Shown here piece by piece: positions 1 through 8,933 of a stretch of DNA of 64,000 nucleotides. The notes under the pieces were generated by a model. That model did not search any database. It was not told the DNA's origin and was given only the letters and a program-made list of their open reading frames with translations. The stretch covers positions 1-64,000 of the IMG/VR virus record IMGVR_UViG_3300033146_005439; one strand, 5' to 3'. The stretch's first letter is position 1, and each line of letters starts with the position of its first letter. This DNA comes from a virus. The translations under genes and the position numbers were made by a program.

Positions 1-1356
1 ATTTAAATCAAAACTTACCTCAATTTGAGGTACTCCTCTTGGGGCTGGTGGTATATCTGCTAAATCAAATCTCCCTAACGTTTTATTGTCACTAGCCATT
101 TCACGCTCACCTTGCACAACATGTATTGTAACAGCATCTTGATTATCTGCGGCTGTTGAAAAAATTTGTGTTTGTTTAGTAGGTATAGTAGAATTTTTTT
201 CAATAAGTGTTGTGGCTACACCACCCAAAGTTTCAATTTTAAGAGATAATGGACATACATCTAATAATAATACATCAGTTACATCACCCATTAAAACACC
301 AGCTTGAATAGCTGCACCCAAAGCAACTACTTCATCAGGATTTAAATTTTTATTAGGTGCTTTACCAAAGAACTCTTCTACCGCTTTCTGTATAGCAGGA
401 ATACGAGTAGAGCCACCTACTAATAATACTTCATCAATATCTTTAGTTAAAATCTTAGCATCATTTAATACTACTTTACAAGGTTCTAAAGCCCTCTTAA
501 TCAAATCTTCTGTCATAGCATCAAATTTAGCTCTTGTAAGTTTGAGGTTCAAATGTTTTGGGCCAGAATTAGCTTTCTCTGCTTCATCTTTTAAACGCTG
601 CATAGCCATTTTATCGTTAGTTAAATCCATACCTTCTGCTTTTTTAAATTCAGCTACCATCCAATCAATTATTTTTTGATCAAAATCTTTACCACCTAAA
701 GCTGTATCACCATGAGTAGCTATAACTTCAGTAACACCATCTCCCACGTCAAGTAAAGAAATATCCATTGTCCCTGCACCAAGATCAAAAATAGCAATTT
801 TTTCTTCTTTATTAGTACAACCATAAGATAAAGCTGCTGCAGTTGGTTCATTAATAATGCGTTTTACATCTAACCCGGCAATTTTGCCAGCATCTTTTGT
901 GGCTTGTCTTTGTGAATCATTAAAGTAAGCAGGCACAGTAATAACTGCTTCAGTTACTTTACTTCCTAAATACTCTTCAGCATATTTCTTTAGCTCTGCT
1001 AACACCGCCGAAGAAATTTCTACAGGGGATATTTTCTCACCATCTATTTCTATTAAAGCTTCTCCAGCAGCTCCTTTTACAATCTTAAAAGGTGCATGCT
1101 TTTTAAATTCTTGAACATCAGGATCATCAAACATACGACCAATTAAGCGTTTTGCTTCAAAAACTGTTTTTTCTGGATTAGTAGTAGCTTGTCTTTTAGC
1201 AGATTCTCCTACTAATTTACCTTCCTTTGTAAAAGCTACTACTGAAGGTGTAGTTCTATTACCTGAAGCATTAACTATAACTTCAGGTTTATCTCCTTCC
1301 ATAACAGCTACACAACTAAAACCAGTACCTAAATCAATTCCAATTATTTTTTCCAT
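1..1356 (-). CDS. dnaK: Hsp70 chaperone DnaK (3' end outside window; absent from ORF track)
   Basis: Manual translation from ATG at 1356: [18 protein letters not shown]...[10 protein letters not shown]...[18 protein letters not shown]...[10 protein letters not shown]...LVGGSTRIP...[13 protein letters not shown]...[17 protein letters not shown]. Frame is open to the window edge. Confidence 0.97.
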   Translation of the reverse strand, partial: MEKIIGIDLGTGFSCVAVMEGDKPEVIVNASGNRTTPSVVAFTKEGKLVGESAKRQATTNPEKTVFEAKRLIGRMFDDPDVQEFKKHAPFKIVKGAAGEALIEIDGEKISPVEISSAVLAELKKYAEEYLGSKVTEAVITVPAYFNDSQRQATKDAGKIAGLDVKRIINEPTAAALSYGCTNKEEKIAIFDLGAGTMDISLLDVGDGVTEVIATHGDTALGGKDFDQKIIDWMVAEFKKAEGMDLTNDKMAMQRLKDEAEKANSGPKHLNLKLTRAKFDAMTEDLIKRALEPCKVVLNDAKILTKDIDEVLLVGGSTRIPAIQKAVEEFFGKAPNKNLNPDEVVALGAAIQAGVLMGDVTDVLLLDVCPLSLKIETLGGVATTLIEKNSTIPTKQTQIFSTAADNQDAVTIHVVQGEREMASDNKTLGRFDLADIPPAPRGVPQIEVSFDLN

Positions 1357-1359
1357 CTT

Positions 1360-1542
1360 TCAATCCTCCTTGTTATTGTCTAATTTATCCATACAATCTG
1401 AACATAAAACATCCGTTTTCAAAGGTATAGGTTCGAACATATAAATACTTTCTACATATTTATCACACATACCACAATAAATATCTCTTATCGGTGGGTT
1501 ATATGAATTATCTATTTCCCATTTAACTAACTCATTTTTCAT
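1360..1542 (-). CDS. small Zn-ribbon hypothetical protein
   Basis: 60 aa with two CxxC pairs (CGMC, CSDC). GAGG-type RBS upstream; the gene abuts dnaK. Confidence 0.6.
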   Translation of the reverse strand: MKNELVKWEIDNSYNPPIRDIYCGMCDKYVESIYMFEPIPLKTDVLCSDCMDKLDNNKED

Positions 1543-1556
1543 ACCAATACCTCTTT

Positions 1557-1584
1557 ATAATAAGTATTAAAAAATATTTGTCAA
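1557..1584 (-). promoter_or_regulatory. sigma70-like promoter for the 60-aa ORF and dnaK
   Basis: Minus strand: perfect TTGACA (1584-1579), 16-nt spacer, TATTAT (1562-1557), in an intergenic gap. Confidence 0.6.
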
Positions 1585-1597
1585 GTAAAAAATTTAA

Positions 1598-1611
1598 ATT
1601 AATCTAACCTT
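1598..1611 (+). promoter_or_regulatory. putative phage late-promoter motif ATTAATCTAACCTT, copy 1
   Basis: The same 14-mer occurs on the minus strand at 57992-58005. Both copies point into structural-type genes. Confidence 0.5.
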
Positions 1612-1674
1612 AGTAATATAGTAATTCTCGTGTTTAATTTTAACATATAAATATAAATTTAGCAAGGAAAAATT

Positions 1675-3876
1675 ATGGCTGATTATTTTATAGATTTTAG
1701 TGCTTCTAGTAATGGTGATGGTAGTAGTAGTTCTCCATGGAATCAATTCACATCTTCAGAAAATAGTTCTGTAAATGCTGGTGATAAATTATGGTTTAGA
1801 CGAGTAGATCCTGGAGATAACAATAAATATATAGCATGGAAAGCAGGAACATCTAGTACAAACCGTATTTATTATATAGGATGGCCTAAAGAAAATGACG
1901 CATTTTATACTAGTAGACCTTCTAGTATGCGATCTGCTTGGGACCCTGATTCAGAAACATATACTATACAAAGCACTAACAGTGGTTCTACCATTTTAGC
2001 TAACTTAACAAGTTATATTGAAATACATAGATTTAAATTTAGTCATAATTATACTAATTATAATGCAAGCGCTCCTGCAGTTAAAATTGATGGTAAAAAT
2101 AATATAAACATTTACACGTCTATTCTTAGATGTTATACATCTTCAACAAATGCTAATGCAGCTGTGTGCTTTATTAATAATAGTTCTAACATAGTTTTTA
2201 ATGATTGTTATCTTAAACAAGATAATAATGCTACTAGTACCTCCTATTTATATTCTGAAAATTTTAAAATAAATTCTTCCACAGTTACTTTTAATGATAC
2301 AGAGTTTTCTTGGGATACTGTAGATCACATAAATGATACTCGTAAAATGTATGTCTATGTATCTACATCTACATCATGCACATATATAAAAGATTCTACT
2401 TGTGTTTTTAAAGGAGGCTCTTTTAAACTATATTGCTCTACTACTACAATTAATGCTACCACTTATACAGCTGTAACCAATATATTAAATAATGCTACAG
2501 TAACTATGTCAGGCACTAATGTATATTTTTATAACGAAGCGGCTTCTACTGCTGCTACATATAATACAAACACAGCTCCTTTATTTAATGTAGAAAATGC
2601 GTCATTTAAATATATACAAAGTTCTGTAAATTGGCCTAATAGTACAACAGGAGGTTCTGCTAGTTTTTTACGAAGTAGAGGAGCCTCAGATTTATATATA
2701 AATTCAGTAGAGATAACAAATTTAAAACACACTTGTGCATCTTTTCTTTCTATTTATGATAATTTTAATACTTTAAGTTTAACTTCTATAAGTGGTAGTA
2801 TAACATTACCTGCTTCTAATAAATTAGATAAAAGTCCATATTTTTTAGGTTTAAAAAATTATAATTATGTAGAAAATAATGCTACTATAAGTGGTGTTAA
2901 TATTCAAGGATCAGCTATTATATATGATATGTCTAGAGATACAGACAGCATAAGTAAAACACTTGTTGTAGATAATACATCTAATATATTTAAAAATATA
3001 AAAAATATAGCATTAATAACTTCTAATACTGATAATCTAATTTTTAAAAAAGTATCTTTTGATACAGTAGTATTAATGATATCTACATACAATAATTATA
3101 ACTTTTTAATTGGGCAAAGTAACGGACATACAAAAAATTATGTGTTTGAATCGTGCACTACTAATTGTTCTACAAATGCTTTATTAAACATATTCAGTAA
3201 CAATAATAATGTTGCTTATTGTAGGCATAGTTTAGATATTAAAGTAATTGGCTGTTCTGGTAATAGTTATATTATACAAAATAATATCGGTACATATGAT
3301 TTTAAACCTACTAATTTTAAATTATACAGTAAGTATAATACAAATTTCACAAACAATATAAACGAAGCTCCTGATAAATATGAATTAACCACTTTAAATG
3401 ATGACTATGCTTCAGACACTTTAATCACAGAAACAGAAGGTTATTATTTAAAAACATCTTTAGTAGCAAGAGAAGGAGGTGCAGGATTTAGTAACTATGT
3501 AAAAGTTAAAACGGGTATACTTAAATATCAATTCAAATTTCCAGCTCAAGGTGAAGATACCTTATGGGTAAATATACCAAATCCTGGAACATACACCATA
3601 ACTGCTTATTTATTACATGTAGGTTCTAACACATTAGCTAATAATGATGTTGTATTAATAGCAGAAAAATATGAAACTACATATCAACCAGTAAGTAGTA
3701 CTAGTTTACTCACAGATTCTTCTACTTGGAAACCTTCACTTACTAATAGTACCCCTTATAAATTAACTGCAAATATTACTGTATCTTACGGTCAATTTAT
3801 ACCTATATACTTTTATATTAACAACACAAATACAGATAATTCTTTTTATTTTGATCCTCAATTAACCGTAGTATAA
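1675..3876 (+). CDS. beta-helix (pectin-lyase-like) tail fibre/adhesin-like protein
   Basis: N-terminus YFIDFSASSNGDGSSSSPWN is typical of right-handed beta-helix proteins. 733 aa, rich in Asn/Ser/Thr beta-strand repeats. Confidence 0.55.
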   Translation: MADYFIDFSASSNGDGSSSSPWNQFTSSENSSVNAGDKLWFRRVDPGDNNKYIAWKAGTSSTNRIYYIGWPKENDAFYTSRPSSMRSAWDPDSETYTIQSTNSGSTILANLTSYIEIHRFKFSHNYTNYNASAPAVKIDGKNNINIYTSILRCYTSSTNANAAVCFINNSSNIVFNDCYLKQDNNATSTSYLYSENFKINSSTVTFNDTEFSWDTVDHINDTRKMYVYVSTSTSCTYIKDSTCVFKGGSFKLYCSTTTINATTYTAVTNILNNATVTMSGTNVYFYNEAASTAATYNTNTAPLFNVENASFKYIQSSVNWPNSTTGGSASFLRSRGASDLYINSVEITNLKHTCASFLSIYDNFNTLSLTSISGSITLPASNKLDKSPYFLGLKNYNYVENNATISGVNIQGSAIIYDMSRDTDSISKTLVVDNTSNIFKNIKNIALITSNTDNLIFKKVSFDTVVLMISTYNNYNFLIGQSNGHTKNYVFESCTTNCSTNALLNIFSNNNNVAYCRHSLDIKVIGCSGNSYIIQNNIGTYDFKPTNFKLYSKYNTNFTNNINEAPDKYELTTLNDDYASDTLITETEGYYLKTSLVAREGGAGFSNYVKVKTGILKYQFKFPAQGEDTLWVNIPNPGTYTITAYLLHVGSNTLANNDVVLIAEKYETTYQPVSSTSLLTDSSTWKPSLTNSTPYKLTANITVSYGQFIPIYFYINNTNTDNSFYFDPQLTVV

Positions 3877-3877
3877 T

Positions 3878-4837
3878 ATGGCAAAATATATAAATGTACC
3901 AACTCCAGTTTTATTTACTGATAGTACTACAACAAATAGTGGTTTATATAATAAAGCAGGTTATGTTTTATCTCCAAAAACTACCTTTACATATAGCCCG
4001 TTAACACAAATAAATCCTAATGTTTATTTAAAAAATAAACTTATAGCTTTAGATTCTTATGGTATTGAGTATTCTTACGCTTTATTACCTATCACTAAAG
4101 AAACTTTTTCAAAAACTACAGTATCTGGTACAATTCCTGCTTTAGGGTTCTATTACTTTTCTTGGGCAGAAGTTTCTAAAACATTATTTCAAATATATTC
4201 TGATTCTTTATACATATATGCAGCTACTACAGAAGGTCTTGACATATATAATATAGAAACAAGCCTATTAGTATGTACTAAAAACATACCTAATCAACAA
4301 GTGATTACTATTTGTGGTAATCAAACACATATATATTTTGGTACTTCTAATGGAATATATTCTATATATATAGATGACATAACTACTAATTGTAGAAATG
4401 CCTCTATACATAAAGAAAATTTTTCTTTACAATCTAATAATATAAAATACTTACATTTAAATCAAAATGACTTAGCTGTATGCACTGATAAAAGTGTAGA
4501 ATATATAAACTTAACTTCTTCCGGCAACCCCACTTATACTTATATTAATAATGCTTTTAAATGCTACATAACAAAAAAATCTTTATATTACATAACTACA
4601 TCAGGTAACTTATATAATTTAAATTATATAAACAATTATAAAACTAATTGGGTAATACCTACAAAATATTACTCTACAAATGGTACTATTTTTAAAGAAA
4701 ATATTAAATTAACCGATATATATATAACTGAAAAAACAACAACTAGTGGCTTAAATACTATTTTTTGCACAACAACTAGTGGTCTATACATTATAAATGA
4801 GGATAATGATTTTTATTTAACTTATTACTTAATATAA
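3878..4837 (+). CDS. putative beta-propeller virion-associated protein
   Basis: Repeated blade-like units (IYAATTEGLDIY, IYFGTSNGIYSI, LAVCTDKSVEYI, IFCTTTSGLYII). Tightly coupled to the upstream gene. Confidence 0.5.
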   Translation: MAKYINVPTPVLFTDSTTTNSGLYNKAGYVLSPKTTFTYSPLTQINPNVYLKNKLIALDSYGIEYSYALLPITKETFSKTTVSGTIPALGFYYFSWAEVSKTLFQIYSDSLYIYAATTEGLDIYNIETSLLVCTKNIPNQQVITICGNQTHIYFGTSNGIYSIYIDDITTNCRNASIHKENFSLQSNNIKYLHLNQNDLAVCTDKSVEYINLTSSGNPTYTYINNAFKCYITKKSLYYITTSGNLYNLNYINNYKTNWVIPTKYYSTNGTIFKENIKLTDIYITEKTTTSGLNTIFCTTTSGLYIINEDNDFYLTYYLI

Positions 4838-4842
4838 CTATC

Positions 4843-5067
4843 ATGGATATACATTTAAATATACATAACACAAATAAATTAACAAGTGTTTGGTGTGATA
4901 AGAAAGCTAATATTAATAATAAAAAAGTTTATATAAGCACTTTAGATAAAACTTTTATTATTGACTTAAAAAAACAAAACATAGCTGCAGATTATACTGT
5001 AGAAGGTATTCGTGTAGATAAAGTACTTCTAGATTCTAACGATATTACAGATCTTAATGTAGTTTAA
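4843..5067 (+). CDS. hypothetical protein (possible extra propeller blade)
   Basis: 74 aa, 5 nt downstream of the previous gene; contains VYISTLDKTFIIDL, a blade-like segment. Confidence 0.5.
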   Translation: MDIHLNIHNTNKLTSVWCDKKANINNKKVYISTLDKTFIIDLKKQNIAADYTVEGIRVDKVLLDSNDITDLNVV

Positions 5068-5360
5068 TAATTTATAGGTTGAATTATATCTTCAAATAAA
5101 GCTTCTCTTTTTAAACGTTTTAAACCTAATTGTTTTTTTACATAATAAGCTTTATCTTTATTAATTGTACCAGCACCAAACATCATACCTTCAGGATCAT
5201 CTCTATAATCCCAAATACCACCTAAACTTTCTTCACCTTCATCATTTATTTTTACTTCTAAGGCTAAACCTAAAGGATGAAGAAACTGCCTATTAACCTC
5301 TTGCAAATAACCTAATTCTCTAAATTCTTTTATATCCATATATTTTATTTCTTCTGACAT
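5064..5360 (-). CDS. phage hypothetical protein
   Basis: 98-aa ORF at the end of the minus-strand operon (GYLQEVNRQFLHPLGLAL, GIWDYRDDPEG). Confidence 0.75.
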   Translation of the reverse strand: MSEEIKYMDIKEFRELGYLQEVNRQFLHPLGLALEVKINDEGEESLGGIWDYRDDPEGMMFGAGTINKDKAYYVKKQLGLKRLKREALFEDIIQPINY

Positions 5361-5719
5361 TCCAAACCCTCCAAATGATCTAGAGCTTCTTGTAAAGCAT
5401 CTATAAAACTTTGCACCCCTTCTTTTGAATCTATTATAACACCTGTTTGCAGCTTCATATTACCTGTTAATAACAAAGTAGTAGCATTTTTAATACGCCA
5501 CCATAGCTCAGCAAAAAAATCCAAAATAAAGCCCTTATAAGGCCCTTGGCGCATTGTAGCTGTAGTCACCCAAAACTCCATAGTAACCATATCAAAATCT
5601 TTAGGAGATGAAACTTCTATAAAAACTTGTTCCCCACAACCACAAGAACAATTATACACATACCAAACAATATCATCATGTTTAGCTAATAAACAAATAT
5701 TATTAGAAATTTTAGACAT
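5345..5719 (-). CDS. hypothetical protein with CxCxC motif
   Basis: 124 aa, overlaps both neighbours as in an operon; NCSCGC. Confidence 0.7.
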   Translation of the reverse strand: MSKISNNICLLAKHDDIVWYVYNCSCGCGEQVFIEVSSPKDFDMVTMEFWVTTATMRQGPYKGFILDFFAELWWRIKNATTLLLTGNMKLQTGVIIDSKEGVQSFIDALQEALDHLEGLECQKK

Positions 5720-6323
5720 ATTCGAATACTCCTCTAAATGTTTTTCTATGATACTTAGTTATACCAAATTTAACTATAGCATCTTTATGTTTTTTAGTAC
5801 CATAACCAGAATTAGTATCAAAACCATACATAGGATACTTTTTATGTAAAGCCAACATTAAATTATCTCTATAAACTTTCGCAATAATTGAAGCGCAAGC
5901 TATAGATAATGATTTATTATCACCTTTTATTACACTCTCATAAGGAATACTCATATCAAAAGTCATATTACCATCTATTAAAGCATAATCACAAAAAACT
6001 ATTCCTTGTAAAGCCTTCTGCATAGCTACCTTAGTAGCCTCAAGTATATTATATTCATCTACATAATCATTAGAAACTTCATAAATACTACAATCACAAG
6101 TAGTTAAAATTAATTCATTATACTCTTGTCTTTTCTTTTTAGATAATTTTTTAGAATCTTTAACTTTACCTAATAATTTAGAAACTGCTTCTTCAGGAAC
6201 TACAACTGCAGCAGCTACTACTGGTCCACAAAGTACTCCTCGACCTACTTCATCAACACCACAAGGAACGAAACCTTTATCTATTAAATTATATTCTAAT
6301 TCAAAAGTTGGATGTTTATTCAT
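5712..6323 (-). CDS. rnhB: ribonuclease HII
   Basis: GVDEVGRG, DSKKL, LIDGN, KGD-SIACASIIAKVYRD, GYGT, HRKTF. Start moved to the MNKHP ATG at 6323 because the longer ORF overlaps the upstream gene. Confidence 0.95.
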   Translation of the reverse strand: MNKHPTFELEYNLIDKGFVPCGVDEVGRGVLCGPVVAAAVVVPEEAVSKLLGKVKDSKKLSKKKRQEYNELILTTCDCSIYEVSNDYVDEYNILEATKVAMQKALQGIVFCDYALIDGNMTFDMSIPYESVIKGDNKSLSIACASIIAKVYRDNLMLALHKKYPMYGFDTNSGYGTKKHKDAIVKFGITKYHRKTFRGVFEYV

Positions 6324-6498
6324 TTTCTTTCCATATAAAACGTAATTTAACAAAAGAAGGGTTCGTAATAGAAGCACCATTAATAAGTTTAATATCAAAA
6401 TTCTTATTACTAATGGTAACACCATATTTAACTAAATAATCATAAACAGCTTCGGCTAAATCCCCTTCACTTAAATCGACTTGTTTAAATACCTTCAT
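6316..6498 (-). CDS. hypothetical protein
   Basis: 60 aa; fills the gap between operon genes. Confidence 0.55.
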   Translation of the reverse strand: MKVFKQVDLSEGDLAEAVYDYLVKYGVTISNKNFDIKLINGASITNPSFVKLRFIWKENE

Positions 6499-6499
6499 A

Positions 6500-6805
6500 T
6501 CAATCCTCTACATTAGACCTGAAACGACTTAAAATGTCAGGATTAGATAATTTTTCTACTTTTTCCTCTACATTCTCTTGTAAAAGTTCTTTTTGTTGTT
6601 GCTCCACATATTTTTTATAAGCTTTACGCGAAGTTAAATAGTAAGGAACATAAGTAGATTTTACTTTAGTTTTAATAGTTACCTTTTCAGGAGCATATTC
6701 AAATTCCGCGCATCTTCTAGATTTATTTTGTGCAACAGATACTTTTTTTATTTTACAAAACTTACCATTAGTATGTGCACATACTCTACATTTTACTTTT
6801 TTCAT
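6500..6805 (-). CDS. hypothetical Cys-containing basic protein
   Basis: 101 aa; CRVC...C...C at the N-terminus. Confidence 0.65.
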   Translation of the reverse strand: MKKVKCRVCAHTNGKFCKIKKVSVAQNKSRRCAEFEYAPEKVTIKTKVKSTYVPYYLTSRKAYKKYVEQQQKELLQENVEEKVEKLSNPDILSRFRSNVED

Positions 6806-6980
6806 TAGGTGTCTCCTTATATACTTCGTTAATACCTTTTAATTCTAAGTCAATAGCCATACGCATTAATTGATCATATTCTTCAAAAAAACCCCTATCT
6901 CTTGCTATTTCTGCGATCATTCTAATATCTTTAGACATACGAATATTTTTATTAAAATAATATTTTAATTTAAGTAGCAT
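6786..6980 (-). CDS. hypothetical protein
   Basis: 64 aa; overlaps both neighbours. Confidence 0.55.
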   Translation of the reverse strand: MLLKLKYYFNKNIRMSKDIRMIAEIARDRGFFEEYDQLMRMAIDLELKGINEVYKETPNEKSKM

Positions 6981-8091
6981 ATTTTACCTTTTTTAACCAT
7001 TCTGAACTTAGATAAGCTGCTTCAAAAAAATTAGCATCCACAGTATAACCAGTTAGCCATTTAATTACTCTAACATCTGCAGTAGTTATAGGCTTATTAA
7101 TTTTTATAAGACCTCCAGAAATTTTACTACAATCAGCTGTAGGAAATTCACAAATACCAGACTTCTTTAAAATACAAGTATGATTTTCTTTATAAATTAA
7201 TTCATGCTCAAAAGGAACGAGGTCACTTGAAACATTTAAAGAAGCTCTGTTCTTTTTTGCTTCCATACATTTAAATTCCATAATACACCCTTTACAACCT
7301 ACTTCAGAAGGTCTATAATAATGGGCGTTATAATCTCTATCTAAATTATGAGTATAAGAAATTAAACAAGAAGTTTTACTAAAAATAGGCACATCTAATT
7401 CTTTAGCACGTCCTTTAATATAATTAAGCCTATCTAAAGAAATCATCTTTTTATGTCCAAACTTATATCCAGGATAAGGTTGTAAGTCATATCCTCTAGA
7501 CTGCCAAATCTTAACAACATAAGGCTTTCCTTGTAAACCTGAATAACCTACAGCTAAATCATAATAACGTGCTAAATTTAATACATAATCTATTGATTCT
7601 TCACTATCATTTACATTATAAATAATAGGCCTAAATTCAATAGAATACTTATACTGATGTCTTCTATTAAAAGTTTTATGTAAATTAAGCTCAAAAGAAT
7701 CTTTTGAAACACCATTATACTTAATAGGACCATTTTCTAAACCAAAAGTACTAAATGCAAAATGTAGATCTAAATCAAAAGGCCTATCAGGAAACTTGCT
7801 AAAATCACCTTTAGTTATAACAACAACAGGGCCTTTATGTCTAACTTTTTCTAAATTTTCTAAAATAGTAACAGTATTAGCTATTTGAAGTAAAGGATCA
7901 CCGTAAAAAATATTAACTACCACAGGTAATTTGGTAAAAATACTATTTATATCACTCGGCATTGTTGTATAACTAATATTCTTAGACCATTCATCCATTA
8001 ATCTACAGTACTTACATTTAAAACATGTAGTTAAAGAATTACCTATACAAATAAAAGATTTTGAAATATATAAATCATGTAAATAATCCAT
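6970..8091 (-). CDS. radical SAM-like Fe-S protein of unknown function
   Basis: N-terminal CFKCKYC (CxxCxYC variant of CxxxCxxC); GDP, VITK and RPIIxxVND barrel motifs; extra C-terminal cysteines (KTSC, CKGC...C, C...C...C). Confidence 0.75.
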   Translation of the reverse strand: MDYLHDLYISKSFICIGNSLTTCFKCKYCRLMDEWSKNISYTTMPSDINSIFTKLPVVVNIFYGDPLLQIANTVTILENLEKVRHKGPVVVITKGDFSKFPDRPFDLDLHFAFSTFGLENGPIKYNGVSKDSFELNLHKTFNRRHQYKYSIEFRPIIYNVNDSEESIDYVLNLARYYDLAVGYSGLQGKPYVVKIWQSRGYDLQPYPGYKFGHKKMISLDRLNYIKGRAKELDVPIFSKTSCLISYTHNLDRDYNAHYYRPSEVGCKGCIMEFKCMEAKKNRASLNVSSDLVPFEHELIYKENHTCILKKSGICEFPTADCSKISGGLIKINKPITTADVRVIKWLTGYTVDANFFEAAYLSSEWLKKVKYAT

Positions 8092-8101
8092 AAAAATACC
8101 T

Positions 8102-8500
8102 TTAATATTTCTTAATAATAAGCTCAGGTTCTTTTTCTAAAAGCCTTGTAGCTAAATCATCATAAGTTATTAAATAGTCCAAAAAAGTATCAATTTCCTT
8201 ATCATGATTTAAGCGCCACTCCATAGCTGTATCATAACAAGTACTATTTAAGGGATAATCTAAAGCAGCCATATAAATTATCACCTCTTTTTGAGCTTCT
8301 TTTAATTTAGTACAATCATTTATATTAGTATTTTTAGTTAAACAGTCCTCCATAACATTTATACTATTATTTAAAGCTGTTTGTGCTTTAGATAAATCGC
8401 CTGAAATATCACAAGGAGGCTTAAAAGATTCTTGTGCTAAAAGAGTACTACTAAAAAATAATAGAATAAATAAACAATACATAAACTTAGCCATTATCAT
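8102..8500 (-). CDS. predicted secreted/periplasmic protein
   Basis: Basic then hydrophobic N-terminus ending LLA|QE (Sec-type signal); four Cys in the mature part. Confidence 0.65.
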   Translation of the reverse strand: MIMAKFMYCLFILLFFSSTLLAQESFKPPCDISGDLSKAQTALNNSINVMEDCLTKNTNINDCTKLKEAQKEVIIYMAALDYPLNSTCYDTAMEWRLNHDKEIDTFLDYLITYDDLATRLLEKEPELIIKKY

Positions 8501-8933
8501 CTCCTTTAATATTATTTAAATGTTCTATACATCTATTATACACAAAAGACTTAATTAAATGTACATAACTTAAATACCAATCTGTATCCGCCCAATGTAC
8601 TGGCGCTGTTTTAATTACTAAATCTTGTAAAGCTAAAACTTGTGTATGACATAAGTTATACTGTTCATAAGTTCTTTCAGCACACATATTATTTGTATAA
8701 TTACGAGCTTTTAAATTATGAATTAAATATAAAATAGCTATATCTGAAGCTCTATTAGCTATATCATAACAATTTTCTGGCGTTTCCGGATATTTCTCTG
8801 ATGTAAATAAAGTGCTTTCTTTATAAGTATCCTTTAAATCTTTATAAAACATATTTGTAGGCAACACCGCCCTAGCAGAAGTACTCATAAACAGTACAAA
8901 TAGTATAACATAAGTTTGTTTTAAAATCAACAT
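8487..8933 (-). CDS. predicted secreted/periplasmic protein
   Basis: Signal-like N-terminus ending ARA|VL; four Cys in the mature part. Confidence 0.65.
   Translation of the reverse strand: MLILKQTYVILFVLFMSTSARAVLPTNMFYKDLKDTYKESTLFTSEKYPETPENCYDIANRASDIAILYLIHNLKARNYTNNMCAERTYEQYNLCHTQVLALQDLVIKTAPVHWADTDWYLSYVHLIKSFVYNRCIEHLNNIKGDDNG

Noticed and set aside
6324-6425. Hydrophobic N-terminal extension on RNase HII
   Set aside because: Artefact of an upstream alternative start that overlaps the 6316-6498 gene; the ATG at 6323 gives a normal-length enzyme.
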